DNA of 61,825 bases, the filler included, from Chiloscyllium plagiosum (taxonomy: Eukaryota): NCBI RefSeq assembly GCF_004010195.1. It is 3 parts of one record of this genome, joined end to end, with 100 filler letters (N's around TTAATTAATTAA, not from the genome) between each part and the next. Parts side by side here need not be neighbours in the genome. Positions count along the whole stretch, not along the records: positions 29,884 to 57,470 come from NC_057714.1; 2 more parts are not named here. One strand, given 5' to 3'. The translations under genes and the position numbers were made by a program. Below, one piece after another: positions 38,120 through 50,631 of this stretch; within the stretch, counting starts at the first letter, position 1, and every line of letters starts with the position of its first letter. Under the pieces are notes generated by a model. The model did not search any database and was not told the origin of the DNA. It worked only from the letters and a program-made list of their open reading frames with translations.

Positions 38120-39388
38120 GTATTTGAAAGCAAGGCCTGGTGGGTGAGGTTGGGAACAAGGAGATGGAGGAGTTCAGGCCCTAAAATTATTGAACTCAAT
38201 ATTAAGTCCTGAGGACTGTATGGTCCCCAAACAAAAAATGAGTTGTTGTTCTTCCAGCTTCGCTGGAGCTTTGCTGCAAGCCTGATACAGGGATGTTGGC
38301 CAGGGAACAGAGTGGTGTGTTAAAGAGACAGGCACCTTGAAGCGCAGGGTCTTTCATTATGGGCAGGACATAGATGTTCTGCAAAGCGGTCACTCATTCT
38401 ACACTTCATTTCCCCAATGTACAGAAGACCACACTGTGAGCAGCGAATGCAGTCAACTAGATTGTGAAAAGTAAGTGCAAGTAAAACGCTGTTTCACCTG
38501 GAAGGTGTGTTCAGGCCTTTGGATACTGAGGAAGGAGGAGGTAAATGGGCAGGTGTTAGACCTTTGGCAGATGTAGGTGAAGATGCCATGGGGCAGTGGT
38601 GGGGTGTTGAGAGCGAAGGAAGAAGTGTCCCTGAGGGAAGTTGAACAAGGGAAGGAAGGGGAGTATATGACTGGTGGTGGCATCTCGCTGGAAGTTGCAG
38701 AAATGGTGGCTGATGATTTTCTGGGTATGAATACTGGTGAGATGGTCAGTAAGGACAAGTAGAACCCTATCACTGCTGTGGGAGGGAAGAGGGGAGGACA
38801 GAAGTAGAGGAGATGGGTCAGACCTGGTTGAGGGCCCTGCCAACAACAATGCTGGGGAATCCTCGGTTGAGGGAGAGGATGGACATTTCAGAGGCTGCCT
38901 TGTTGAAGTTAGCCTAATCAGAACATATGTGATGGACGTAGGCGGTGGTGCTGTTCTAGTCTGGTATACTGACCTCTACATTGCAGACGCTGAGCCATAA
39001 CTCTCAGATATCTTCCCCTGGACAATGACCCCCCATGGCACATCAGGCCATTGTATCCACAACAGTCACTGACCTCATTTTATCTGGCAATCTCCCACTG
39101 ACTGCCTCCAAATTGATAGTCCCCCAACCCCTCAGAGCTCACATCAACATCCTTCCAAAAATCCACCAGACCCATCATTTCAGTTTTTTTCTGCCCAATG
39201 GAACTCATGTCTTCCTACCTTCCTGAACTTTCCTGTCTCTTAGCCCTCTACAAAACACACTGATGAAGGGCTTTAGCCAGAAACTTCGATTTTCCGGCTC
39301 CTCGGATGCTGCCCAATTTGCTGCGTTTTTCCAGCACCACTCTAATCTTGACTCTAATCTCCAGCATCTGCATACCCACTTCTGCCTA
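38120..39388. mobile_element. Rearranged Penelope-like element: GIY-YIG region on - (38120-38935), RT N-terminal region on + (38940-39240), hammerhead terminal repeat 39260-39388
   Basis: Minus: FQVKQRFTC...DCIRCSQCGLLYIGE. Plus: GGGAVLVWYTDLYIADAE and HQAIVSTTVTDLILSGNLPLTASKLIVPQP...LPKIHQ (LPKIHK motif). Confidence 0.8.
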
Positions 39389-39478
39389 GGGTCAAATTAC
39401 TGCTGATGCTGGAATCTGTACTAACAACAAGAAATATTGGAGATCACAGCAGGTCAGGCAGTGGCCATGGAGAAACAG

Positions 39479-39683
39479 AGCTGAAAATGTGTTGCTGGAA
39501 AAGCGCAGCAGGTCAGGCAGCATCCAAGGAACAGGAGAATCGACATTTCGGGCATAAGCCCTTCTTCAGTGTGTGTGCCCGAAATGTCGATTCTCCTGTT
39601 CCTTGGATGCTGCCTGACCTGCTGCGCTTTTCCAGCAACACATTTTCAGCTCTGATCTCCAGCATCTGCAGTCCTCACTTTCT
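39479..39683. mobile_element. Fold-back hammerhead mini-element (family A1) nested in an older family-C-like fold-back (39389-39838)
   Basis: TSD ccatggagaaacag 39465-39478 / 39684-39697; minus-strand core CTGAAGA-a-GGGC-ttat-GCCC-GAAATGTC at 39542-39569. Confidence 0.88.
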
Positions 39684-39839
39684 CCATGGAGAAACAGCAA
39701 GCTAACATTTTGAGTCTGGATGACTCTTGAACTTCACTTCAGCTCTGTTGAATAGTCATCTCGATTCGAACCGTTAGCTTGTTTTCACTCCAAGATGCTG
39801 CCTGACCCATTGAGATCTCCAGCATTTCTTGTTTTCACC

Positions 39840-42540
39840 CCATTAGGCAGTGTGTTCCAGACTCCCACCATCATCTGGGTGAAAACAATTCTCCTCATCT
39901 ATCCACTTAGCATTCTACTTCTCATCTTAAATCTATGACTCCTGTTCTTGATCCCTTTACCTATGGAAAAAGTGCCTTCCTATCTGTGCTTTCTATGCCC
40001 ATCATCATGTTACACAAGCCTATCATGCCCCTCTCAGACTTTGCTGCTTCAAGGAAAATAACCCTAGGCAATTCAATCTTTCCTCATCGCTCAGACCCTC
40101 CAACCCTGGTAGAATAAAGCTCGATCTTCTTTGCACGTCTCAAGTGTAATCACATCCTTCCTATAGTGTGGAGACCAGAACTACATGCTATGGCCTAACC
40201 AGCCTTTTTGTATAGTTCCAACATAACCTTCTTGCTCTTGTATTCTGTGACTCATCTAATAAAGGCAAGCATACCATACGCTTTCATAACTTGATTATCT
40301 AACTACTGTGCTCCCTTCAAAGATCTGTGGATATGCCCGACAAGGAAAAAGATATTGAAAATATTGATTCTCAATGTTTTCCAGTGTTCCACCATTCATA
40401 TTATAACAATTTACCTCGTTAGCCTTCCACAAGGACGTTGTGTCTCATTTATTCTGGTTGAATTTCATTTGCCATTGCTCTGCCCAGTTGATCAATTCAT
40501 TAGTCTGCTTCTGCAGTTTAAAGCTCTCCTTCTCATTATTTACTTCCTGACAAATTATCGTGTTATCTGTGAAGCCATGATCATTTTCCTTACATTAATT
40601 TCCAAAGTATTAGTGTACACCAAACATTAAGGACTCAAGCATTGAGCCCTGTGGAACCCGTTGGAATCAAACTTTCAGTCAGAGAAGCATCCCTCTTCCA
40701 TCACTCTTTCTTTCGTGCCTCTCCGTTAATTTTGGACCCAATGTATTATTTTTCTTTCAATCTCATGGACTCTTACTTTCTTAATAATTCTGGCATGAAG
40801 AATCTCATCAAAAGTCTTGATAAAGTCCATGTAGATCACAACATTACCTTCTTCAGCACCCTTGGTTACCTCCCAAAAATTCATTCAAATTTGTCAAACA
40901 CAGCCCTCCCTTCATTATTCTATGCAGACTATCCCTGATTAAAGCACGTCTCTCCAAATACAACTATATTCTGTCCCTCGGAAATCTTTCTAATCATTTT
41001 CCTGCCACTGAGGATAGACTGATTGGCCTGTTATTTTGGTCTAAGCAAAAGTGAGGACTGCAGATGCTGGAGATTAGAGTCGAGAGTGTGGTGCTGGAAA
41101 AGCACAGCAGGTCAGGCAGCATCCGAGGCGCAGGTGCATTGAAGTTAGGATTAAAGAAAACACGTAGGATTAAGAAAAAGGAAAGAAGCTGATGGCAGGT
41201 ACCAAGATATCAATAAGGTAAAGTCCCCGAAGGAGTATAAAAAGTGCAGCAGAGATTTAAAGGAATTAAGGAAAGTTAAGGGAGTTCATGCAAAAGCATT
41301 GACATGCAGAATAAAGGAAAATCTAAAAGGGCCTTTAAAATAAATAAAGAGCAAAGTAACAACACAAAAAAGAGTAGGGCCCATTAGGGACCGTACAGTT
41401 AATCTTGATACAGTCACAAACCCGAATCAATACATTGTGTTGGTCTTCACAACTGGAAAAAATGACACGGGCATAGACATCAAGATGGAATATTGAAGAA
41501 ATTAGCCAAGAGAGAAGGGATACTATTGGGTTTAGCAGCCCTAAATGGATAAATAAACAGGGTCAGATGATATGTATCCTGGGCTCTTGATGGAGAAAAG
41601 GGAGAATGTACTGGGGGCTCCTAGTCCTGGAGAATTTTCAAATCCTCTATGGCTACAGATGGTGTGGTAGAGAACTGTGAACATTGCCCCATTAATAGGA
41701 AAGGGAGGAAGGGATAGACCAAAATAACAGTCGAGAGTGTGGTGCTGGAAAAGTGCAGCAGGTCAGGCAGATCTGAAAAGCAGGAAAATTAAAGGTGATA
41801 GGTCGGAGGGGAGAGTGGAGCGGATGGGTGGGCAGGAAAATGGACAGGTAGGACAAGTCATGAGGACAGTGCTGAGCTGGAAGATTGGAACTGGGATAAG
41901 ATGGGGGAGGGGAAATGAGGAAACTGGTGAAATCCACATTGATGCCATGAGGTTGGACGGTCCCAAGGCAGAAGATGAGGTGTTCTTCCTCCAGGTGTCA
42001 GATGGTAAGGGAATGGCGATGGAGGAGGCCCAGGACCTGCATGTCCATGGTGGAGTGGGAGGGGGAGTTGAAGTGTTCAGCCACGGGACAATGGGGTTGG
42101 TTGGTGTGGGTATCCTGGAGACGTTCTTTGAAGTGCTCTGCAAGGAGGTGTCTTGTCTCCCCAATGTAGAAGAGACCACATTGGGTGTAACGAATACAGT
42201 AAATGACATGTGTGCAAGTGCAGGTGAAACTCTGTTGGATGTGCAAGGCTCCTTTGGGGCCTTGGAGGGAGGTAAGGATTTCTAGGGATTTCCAGTCCTG
42301 ACCCTAACCTTTGCCATTGCAGCAATATATTTGCTCTGTACTCTCACGGTTTCCTCCTTGAATGCCTTCCACTGCTCTGGAACAACTTTACCTGCAAGTA
42401 GCTGGCCCCAGTCCAATTGGGCCAAGTTGTATCTTATTTTAGTAAAATTAGCTTTCCCCAGTTTACAAGATTTACTCATGATCCATCTTATCCTTTTCCA
42501 TAGTTATCCTCAATTGAACTCAGTTGTAGTCACTGTCTTC
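39840..42540 (-). mobile_element. Old CR1-clade LINE whose middle ~0.6 kb (41135-41730) is inverted to the + strand
   Basis: Minus-strand CR1 remnants at 39840-41043 and 42285-42540 (ANFTKIRYNLAQLDW); plus-strand remnants IKENLK and GSDDMYPGLL at 41310-41600. Confidence 0.75.
41730..42283 (-). mobile_element. Penelope-like element GIY-YIG endonuclease fragment plus terminal repeat
   Basis: ORF 41998-42246 FTCTCTHVIYCIRYTQCGLFYIGETRHLLAEHFKERL...PVAEHFNSPSHS. Confidence 0.88.
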
Positions 42541-43879
42541 AATCTGGAGGTGAAATGGCTACTAAAATGACTTCCAATGAAAATGCAATGTTTACAAATT
42601 CTCCACCCACTATTTCTAGTCTTTTTGAAGTTCACAATGAAGTGATATTGTGTAAAATGAGTTAAACTATGACATTAATCTTCCCAACTTATAAATTCTG
42701 AATGGGATATCTCCGGTCATTAAGTTCCTGGGTGAGGAGGGATGAAGTGGCTCCCCTTCATTATTCACGCACCCCTTGGTTGATCACAACACAGCTAATT
42801 AAAAATGGATCTGGTGATACCTTTCTCCCAGACCCAGCTGAACTTATGTTTTAAGAAGTATCAATTTATGCAATCTTTCTTGAGTTGACAAAGAGTGATT
42901 TTATTCATTTATAAAAAAAAGGATAATTAATAATGCAACTGACATACACATGTAGAAGTAAGATGTAACTTTAAAAAAAAAATAGATCCATCTCTGAATT
43001 TTTCTTGAAGAATGGATAGTTGAACTTTGCGACCATTGCAGTGGAGTTTATCGCTCGTATTGTGTTGGTAGTTGAAGAGTCGATTCTAAGGTTTTTAGTT
43101 TTGTAGTTTGGTTGAGATTCTGTTATTCTGATTTCTTTTGACCATGCCTGAGATGAAGTCCTTTTCATCTGGCTTGCAAGCTAGCTGGTTTCCAGCACTC
43201 AGATTAAAAGTCTCTTTTGCTGTCAGGCAAGGGTGTCTAGGAGATTGTTGACTGTGACCTTCACAGCACACTAGAGTTCAAACCCAGGCTAATACATGTG
43301 GGTATGTTAGCCCACTGACACACATGGGAACCTTAGTTCCCCCTAGAATATTCCAGCAGAAATCAAACCTGCTTTTTTAACTTTGGTCCTATGTATTAAT
43401 CAAAAGGAAAAACACTAAGTGTTTCTGCAAAGTGGAACATAATCTCACAGGAGTGGCTTGTTGAGTATCATTTTAATCACACGAGATTATCTGTTCCATA
43501 TTTGAAGGGTGGTTTGTGAATTTCCCTTTGCATCCTTAGATTTGACATTGCATGGCTCACTCTGTCTCCAGACAGCCACTTCACTTACATCCTTGCCATT
43601 CTTGGTTGTATCAGATCTCTCTTTCAAAGAGAATGCATTTTAGAATTACAAATTAAATTGTCCATAGTACTTCAGAGTTTTGACCCATAGTCATGATAAA
43701 TTCCTCGTGTTGAGTGGGTATAGTCTTATCATGAGGTGCAGGACTGAGCCTCAAAATATGTATCCTGTAAAGCTCCATAAGATGTGCATGAGCATAAGAC
43801 GGACTCAACTCACACGACTGCATTTCTGTGCATAAGATATTTATCACAATCAAATTTGTAGCCATTCTAAATATAAGCA

Positions 43880-44640
43880 AAAGAAGTAGGGACAGAAGGA
43901 AGAAATTATTACCCTTAAGTCTGCTCTCCCATTCAATAAGGTGTGGCTGATTTATTTCTGTTTTGAATTCTGCATCCTCTTCAATCCCAAATAACCCTTG
44001 ATTGCCTTGCCTGACAAGAATCTATTGACTGTGTCCTCAAAAATATGCAACAGCCCATATCACAGCCTTCTGATGCAGAGATTGAAAGTTGTCCAATTCT
44101 CTGAGAGAAAAACATATTCTCCTCATCTCTTTCCTGAAAGGGTAAGCTTTATTTTTTATAAAATAATGCTCTCAAGTAATAACCCACGCAAGGCATATCT
44201 TTTAAAATCCATCTTGTTAAAATTGTTTACGATCTTATATGATCAAGTGGTCCCTCATTTTCCTAAACTCCAATGGAAACAAGCCCAGTCTGTCCAATAT
44301 TTCCTTGTAACACAACCCTCTTATTTCAGATATCAGTCTGGCATATCTCCTTTGACCTGCCTCCATTGCATTTATATCCTTCCTTTAAATAAGGATATCA
44401 AAATTGCACACCCTATTTGATATGTGGTTCAACCAATGCCTAGTATAACTGAAACATCCTTACTTTTATGTTCATTTATTCTCAGAAGAAAGGACAAAAT
44501 TCCATTTGCCTTGTTAATGACTAGCTGCAGCTGAATACAGAGATTTTGGGATAATGTCTCAGAAGACCTTGGTTCCTCTGTATCTTGGAATTCTTCAGCG
44601 ATTCTCTGTTTCAGTAATATTCGTTTATTCATCCTGTCAA
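43880..44640 (-). mobile_element. Old degenerate CR1-clade 3' fragment
   Basis: Minus remnants QLQLVINKANGILSFL and a CR1-type 3' UTR at 43880-44000. Confidence 0.6.
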
Positions 44641-45567
44641 AGTCTGTGGCACATGGTGAGGGAACCAATAAGAGAGCAAACATATACTTGACTCATCCAT
44701 ACTAATCTATCGGCTGCAGATGCATCTGTCATGACAGTATCAGTGTGAGTGACCATTGCTCAGTCCTTGTGGAGACAAAATCCCATCTTCACAATGAGAA
44801 TAACTTCCATGGTGTGTCACACTATCATCATGCAAAATATGATAGACTTCAAACAGCTCTAGCAACTGAAGACTCAGTGTCCACGAGGTGTTGTGGGCCA
44901 TCAACAGCAGCAGAATTGTACTCCAGTACAATCTGTAGTCACATGTCCCCCACTCAACCATTACCATCAAGCTAGGGGATCAACTCCGGTTCAATGGAGA
45001 GTGCAGAGGGCTTGCCAGGAGCAGCACCAGACATGATTAAAAATTCTAAAAATGAGAAGTCAACTTGGTGAAGCTACCAAATCGGACTACTTGCATGCTG
45101 AACAGTATAAGCAGTAAGTGATAGACAAAGCTAAGCGAGCCCACAACCATTTGATCAGATCTAAGTTCTGCAGTCCTGCCACACCCAGTCTTGAATAGTG
45201 ATGAACAATTTAGCAACTCACTAGAGATGAAGGCTCCAGAAATATTGCCATCCTCAATGATTGAAGAGCCCAGCACATCTATGCAAAGTCTAAGGCTGAA
45301 GCATTTGCTGCAATCTTCAGCTGAAAGTGCCGAGTGGATGATGCATCTTGGCCTGCTCCAGTGGTCCTCAGCATTACAGATACCAGTCTTCAGCCAGTTC
45401 TATTCACTGCACGTGATGTCAAGAGACTGGATAATGCAAAGGCTGTGGGTCCTGACAGCATTCCAGTAATACTCCTGAAGTCTTGAGCTCCAGAATTTGA
45501 TGACCCCTAGCCAAGCTCTTTCAGTGCAATCACATCACTGGCATCGACCTGACATTGTGGAAAATTA

Positions 45568-45736
45568 GCATCCAAGGAACAGGAGAATCGACGTTTCGAG
45601 CATAAGTCCTTCTTCAGAAGGGCTTATGCCCGAAACGTCGATTCTCCTGTTCCTTGGATGCTGCCTGACCTGCTGCGCTTTTCCAGCAACACATTTTCAG
45701 CTCTGATCTCCAGCATCTGCAGCCCTTACTTACTCT
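45568..45736. mobile_element. Fold-back hammerhead mini-element (family A1, truncated left arm)
   Basis: TSD cattgtggaaaatta 45553-45567 / 45737-45751; the empty site is visible in the duplicate at 46509-46523. Confidence 0.9.
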
Positions 45737-46572
45737 CATTGTGGAAAATTACCCAGTTATATCCTATACACAAAAAGCATGACAAACCTCACCCAACCAA
45801 TTTCTGACCTATCAGTCTACTCTTGATCATCAGTAATATGATAGAAGGTGTCATCAGCATACTATCAAGCAGTATTTGCTCAGCAATGACCTGTTCAATG
45901 AGACCCAGTTTTGTTTCTGCCAGGCCCACTAGCTCCTGACCTCATTACAGCCTTGGCTCAAAAGAGCTGAATTCCAGAGGTGAGGTGATGCCAATGTGGC
46001 ATCAAGGAGCCCCAACAAAATGGGAATCAGTGAGCATCAGGGGGCAAACATAGGAAGAATTGTGGCTGTTGAAGATCAATCATCACAGCTCCAGCACATC
46101 CCTGCAGGAGTTCCTGAGGGTAATGTCCTAGGCCCAACCCTCTTCAGCTACTTCATCATTGACCTTCCCTCCATCATAAGGTCAGAAGCAGGGATGTTCA
46201 CCAATGGTTGCACAATGTGCAGCTCCATTCGTGACTCATCAGATACTGAAGCAATCCATGATCAAATACAGCAAACTCTGGACAATATCCTGGCTAGGAC
46301 TGACAATGAGACCCAGTTTTGTTTCTGCATTACAGATACCAGTCTTCAGCCAGTTCTATTCACTGCACGTGATGTCAAGAGACTGGATAATGCAAAGGCT
46401 GTGGGTCCTGACAGCATTCCAGTAATACTCCTGAAGTCTGGAGCTCCAGAATTTGATGACCCCTAGCCAAGCTCTTCCAGTACAATCACATCACTGGCAT
46501 CGACCTGACATTGTGGAAAATTACCCAGTTATGTCCTATACACAAAAAGCATGACAAACCTCACCCAACCAA

Positions 46573-46802
46573 GTAGGAGATAGTGAGATCTGCCGATGCT
46601 GAAGATCAGAGTTAAGAGTGTGTGCTGGAAAAGCATAGCAGGTCAGGCAGCATCTGAGGAGCAGGAAAATCGATGTTTCGGGCCGGAGCCCTTCATCAGG
46701 AATGAGGCTCATTCCAGATGAAGGGCACTGGCATAAAACATCAATTTTCCTGCTCCTCGTATGCTACCAGACCTGCTGTGCTTTTCCAGCAACACACTCT
46801 CA
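46573..46802. mobile_element. Fold-back hammerhead mini-element (family A variant)
   Basis: Arms 46616-46706 / 46709-46801; minus-strand core CTGATGA-a-GGGC-tccg-GCCC-GAAACATC. Confidence 0.82.
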
Positions 46803-47589
46803 AATTGGATTGACAAGTGGCAAGTAACATTCACACCACACAAATGCCAGGCTATGACCATCACCAATAAGGGATGATCTAATCTCTGTGTTACCATCAC
46901 TGAATTCCACATTATCAACATCCTGGGTCTACCATTGATTAGAAACAGGCATTGCCAAATTAACAGAGTGACTATGAGAGCAGGTCAGAGGCTAGGAATA
47001 CTGCGGTGATTAACTCACTTCCGGACTCCCCAAAGTCTGTCCATCATCTCCAAGACACAAGTCAGGAGTTGATGGAATACTCTCCACTTGCTTGAATGGG
47101 TGCACTCAAGAAGCTTGACAACATCCAGGACAAAGCACCCTACTTGATTGGCACCACATTCCTAAACATCCACTCCTTGTCATCAATGCTCAGAAATAGC
47201 AGTGTGTACAACTTACAAATTGCACAGCAGAAATTCACTAGAGATCCTTAGACAGCACATTCTAAACTCATGACCACTTCCATCTAGAAAGACAACAGCA
47301 GTAGAATCATAGGAACACCACCACCTGCAAGCTCCCCTATAAGTCACTCCCCGTCCTGACTTTGTAATATATCACTGTTCTTTCACTGTTACTGGGACAA
47401 GATCCTCAATTCTCTCCATTATGGGTTTACCGACAGCACATGGACAGCAGCAGTTCAACAAAGCAGCTCACCACCAGTTCATCAAGGGCAACTAGGGATG
47501 GGCAGTAAATGTTGGTCAGCAGCAATGCCCACATCTAATGAAGGAATAGAAAAAGGTGAATGACTTCGCATTTCGCCATATTGCACTCC

Positions 47590-48100
47590 ATCAACTAGAT
47601 TTTTGACTATTCATTGAGAGTAATTATTTAACCCATCGTTCTCCTTATTATTTATTATTGACTCCTCATTCTTACTCTTTAAAGGACTAACGCTGACTGT
47701 ACTTTTTTTGTTTTTAAATTTCCATGGAAGTTCTTGCTATCTACTTTTACATTTCTAGCCAGCTTTCTTTTATTCTTTAATATTGTTCCTCTGTTTAATT
47801 TTTTCATCATTTTCCGTCTTTTTTTATATATTTTGTCCAATGACCTGATGTAGCATTCATTTGTGTAATTATCTGCTTTTTTCTTAAGTTTGATGCTTTC
47901 CTTAATTCCTTCAGTTAGCCATAAATGGTCTGCCCTCACTTCAGACTTTTTAATAATATTGGAAAGATACTTATTCTTAGTATTCTGAAATATCCTCTTA
48001 AGTATCTGTCCTTGCTTCTCTATTGGTTTATCACCTAGCCTAATATCCCTGTTCACTTCAGTCGGTCAGCTTTCATGCTTATATGGTTTCCTTATTTAAT
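47590..48100 (-). mobile_element. Old CR1-clade fragment
   Basis: ORF 47679-48056 WLTEGIKESIKLKKKA...KRKLARNVKVDSKNFH resembles the CR1 ORF2 linker. Confidence 0.65.
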
Positions 48101-49082
48101 GAGTTTGACTCTACATTCATCATAAACTTGGCTGGAAATTTCTGAAATGACCCAATTCAGCTACATCCACAGAGTTAAGTTGGGGAATGGCAGCCTAGTC
48201 TCACTTAAATTCACTTATTTTTGTTGTTCAAGTTTTTTACATTATAGTCTTTTGAGCTGAGATTTTTTTTTGAAAAAGCCTTCCTTCTTTTCATCATAGA
48301 AGTGAACATTTTCCTTTAAATAATGTTGAATTGTGCAGTCTACAAATGCAGAAACAGTAAAGTATTGGCTTATCAAATTTCATAACTTGATAGAATTTGG
48401 CAATAGCATAAGTATAATTTAACTTCTGGAATTGAATCCATTTCCGTCTTTTATACAAGGACTATAATGTTTACAGGAAATATGTCGGCATTATCAGTTC
48501 TCTTTAAAGTGGGCTGGCCAACATAATGACCTGATACAATGGGGACTGCACTCCAGCTTTGATTTCGTTCTATGCAGGGTAGCATTTATGGAATACCGTG
48601 CAATTTCTCACTCATTCTTCAATGTTTTAAGTGAATAGTTTGGGACATTTTTGAAATGGCTCCTGATGGGCATCATTCCAAATCATGGCACCTGCCCAAT
48701 TTCACTCAAACCTGATTTAATCTGTTTCCCACCATGATTTTCTCGATAAGACCATGCAATCGGATGCTTCCAGTTGCAATTAACACCACCACAATCTGAA
48801 ATAGGGTGATGCTTTAATTTTTTTTTGTTTTTTTCTGAGGAGATTCAAAATCTCCTGGTTATACTCTTTTTGGCCCAGCCAACTCAGAATCAGTCTCCTG
48901 AACTGAGGAAATTCTAAATCTCCTGGTTATATATATATATTTTCCCCCTTACCCCCTCACTACCGCCTAACTGCTTATTTTTCCCCAGCACCCATATTGT
49001 GTGTATGCAGGTGGGTGATGTTTTGAGTTACAGGAAAGTATAAATGGATTGGTCAGCTGGATCAGTGGCAGATAGAATTTAA

Positions 49083-49307
49083 GCTGAAAATGTGTTGCTG
49101 GAAAAGTGCAGCAGGTCAGGCAGCATCCAAAGAGCAGGAGAATCGACGTTTCGGGCATGATCCCTTCTTCAGGATGTTTCCTGAAGAAGGGCTCATGCCC
49201 GAAACGTCGATTCTCCTGCTCCTTGGATGCTGCCTGACCTGTTGCGCTTTTCCAGCAACACATTTTCAGCTCTGATCTCCAGCATCTGCAGTCCTCACTT
49301 TCTCCTC
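49083..49307. mobile_element. Fold-back hammerhead mini-element (family A1), best-preserved copy
   Basis: TSD cagatagaatttaa 49069-49082 / 49308-49321; near-perfect ~92 bp inverted arms. Confidence 0.9.
49177..49212 (+). ncRNA. Minimal type I hammerhead ribozyme motif (predicted cleavage after GUC, 49208)
   Basis: CUGAAGA 49181-49187, A, stem II GGGC/GCCC with UCAU loop, GAAA 49201-49204, palindromic ACGU in place of stem III, very short stem I. Activity is not demonstrable from sequence. Confidence 0.7.
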
Positions 49308-50631
49308 CAGATAGAATTTAACCCTGATAACCAAGAGGTGATGTTTTTTGGAAGAAATAACAAGACAAAGGGTTACTCAATGAATTATAGAACAAAAGCA
49401 AACTCAGAGGAACAGGGGGATCTTGGGGTGTTTGTCCACAGACCCCTGAAGGCTGCAGAACAGGTTAATTGGATGGTTAAGAAGGTGTATGGGACACTTG
49501 GCTTTATAGGTCATGTCATAAATTAGATGAGCAGGGAGGTCATGTTGGAGCTGTGCAAATCTTTGGCTAGGCCACAGCAGGAAGACTGTGTGCAGTTCTA
49601 GTTGCCAAACTGGAGGAAAGATGTGATTGCACTGAAGGGGGAGCAAAGGAGATTCACTAGGATTTTGTCTGGGTTGAAGCAGTGTGGCTATGAAGAACAG
49701 CTACATAAGATCAGAACAGAGAAGACTGAGGGATCTGCTCAAGGTGAAAAGATTGATTGGCATGGACAGGATGGATAGGAAGCAGCTGCTCCCCTTAGTT
49801 GAAGGGTCAGTAGTGAGAGGGCACAATTTTAAGGTGAAGGGGGATTTCAGGAACTTTTTATTTACCCAGGGGTTGGTTGGAATCTAGAATACACTGTCTG
49901 AGAGGGCAGTAAAGACAGGAAGCCTCACAACTTTAAAAAGGATGATAACATTCAAGGCCAAGAGCCAAGTGCTGGAAAATGGGATTATTGCAGACAGTTT
50001 GGAACAGGTTATGAGCCAAAGAGACTCTTCTGTTCTTTATGATTTGATGACTCTTTAGACTCCACTTTTAGCACTTTGTTTTGCTGATCTTTCCTGATGA
50101 TATAGGCATTGCTTGCAAAGCTTGCATTTATATCCCATTCTTTTAAGAAGCTGATGTTTGATCTCATGCTTAAACCATTACAGTTCCTGTGGTGAAAATG
50201 CTGCTATGCTGTTTTTAGAGAGTACTTTCAAAGAATTGAACTTAGTAACAATAATATATATCCAAGTTGGGATGGGATGTGACTTGAAGGGAAACGTGGA
50301 ACCAAAGATGCTTCTTGCTTTATTTAATGCGTACACTGCTGCTAAAACTCTTTGATACTACTGTTGCGTGGGTCTGGCAATGTGTCCACACACTAACTTG
50401 GAGGCCAATCTTTTTGTTCTCTAGCATCCCTTATTGGTCCTTACCTTGTTTGTCCTCATCCTAGATTAAGGCCCTTTCACTCTCCTCAGTACGGTAACAC
50501 ATTGTTTACATTTATATACAGAGAGATTACCAAGCACAACTCTCTAGTACAGTGTCTCAGACTTTCTTATTTACTTGCTTCACTTTGGTTTCTCCTGTTC
50601 CTTTCAGTTCTTCTCTGCTTTATTGATGTCA

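Larger units (their letters stand above)
44710..47553 (+). mobile_element. Second LINE family (L2/CR1-type) ORF2 and 3' end, with nested insertions and an internal duplication
   Basis: SDH motif (SDHCSVLVET), AKAVGPDSIP, AGVPEGNVLGPTLFSYFIIDLPSIIRSEAGMFTNGC (degenerate FADD), tail gggcaactagggatgggcagtaaatg. Confidence 0.85.
49030..50045 (+). mobile_element. Degenerate CR1-clade 3' fragment
   Basis: QIEFNPDNQEVMFFGRNNK...EQGDLGVFVHRPLK...VRGHNFKV. Confidence 0.75.

Noticed and set aside
41737..42285. 182-aa plus-strand ORF, and similar long ORFs at 23751, 56895 and 58300
   Set aside because: They are antisense shadows of PLE or CR1 coding sequence.
49090..49275. Recurrent small ORFs MCCWKSAAGQAASKEQENRRF / MPETSILLLLGCCL as a peptide gene family
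   Set aside because: They are translations of the fold-back repeat arms on both strands, with variable ends and no exon context.
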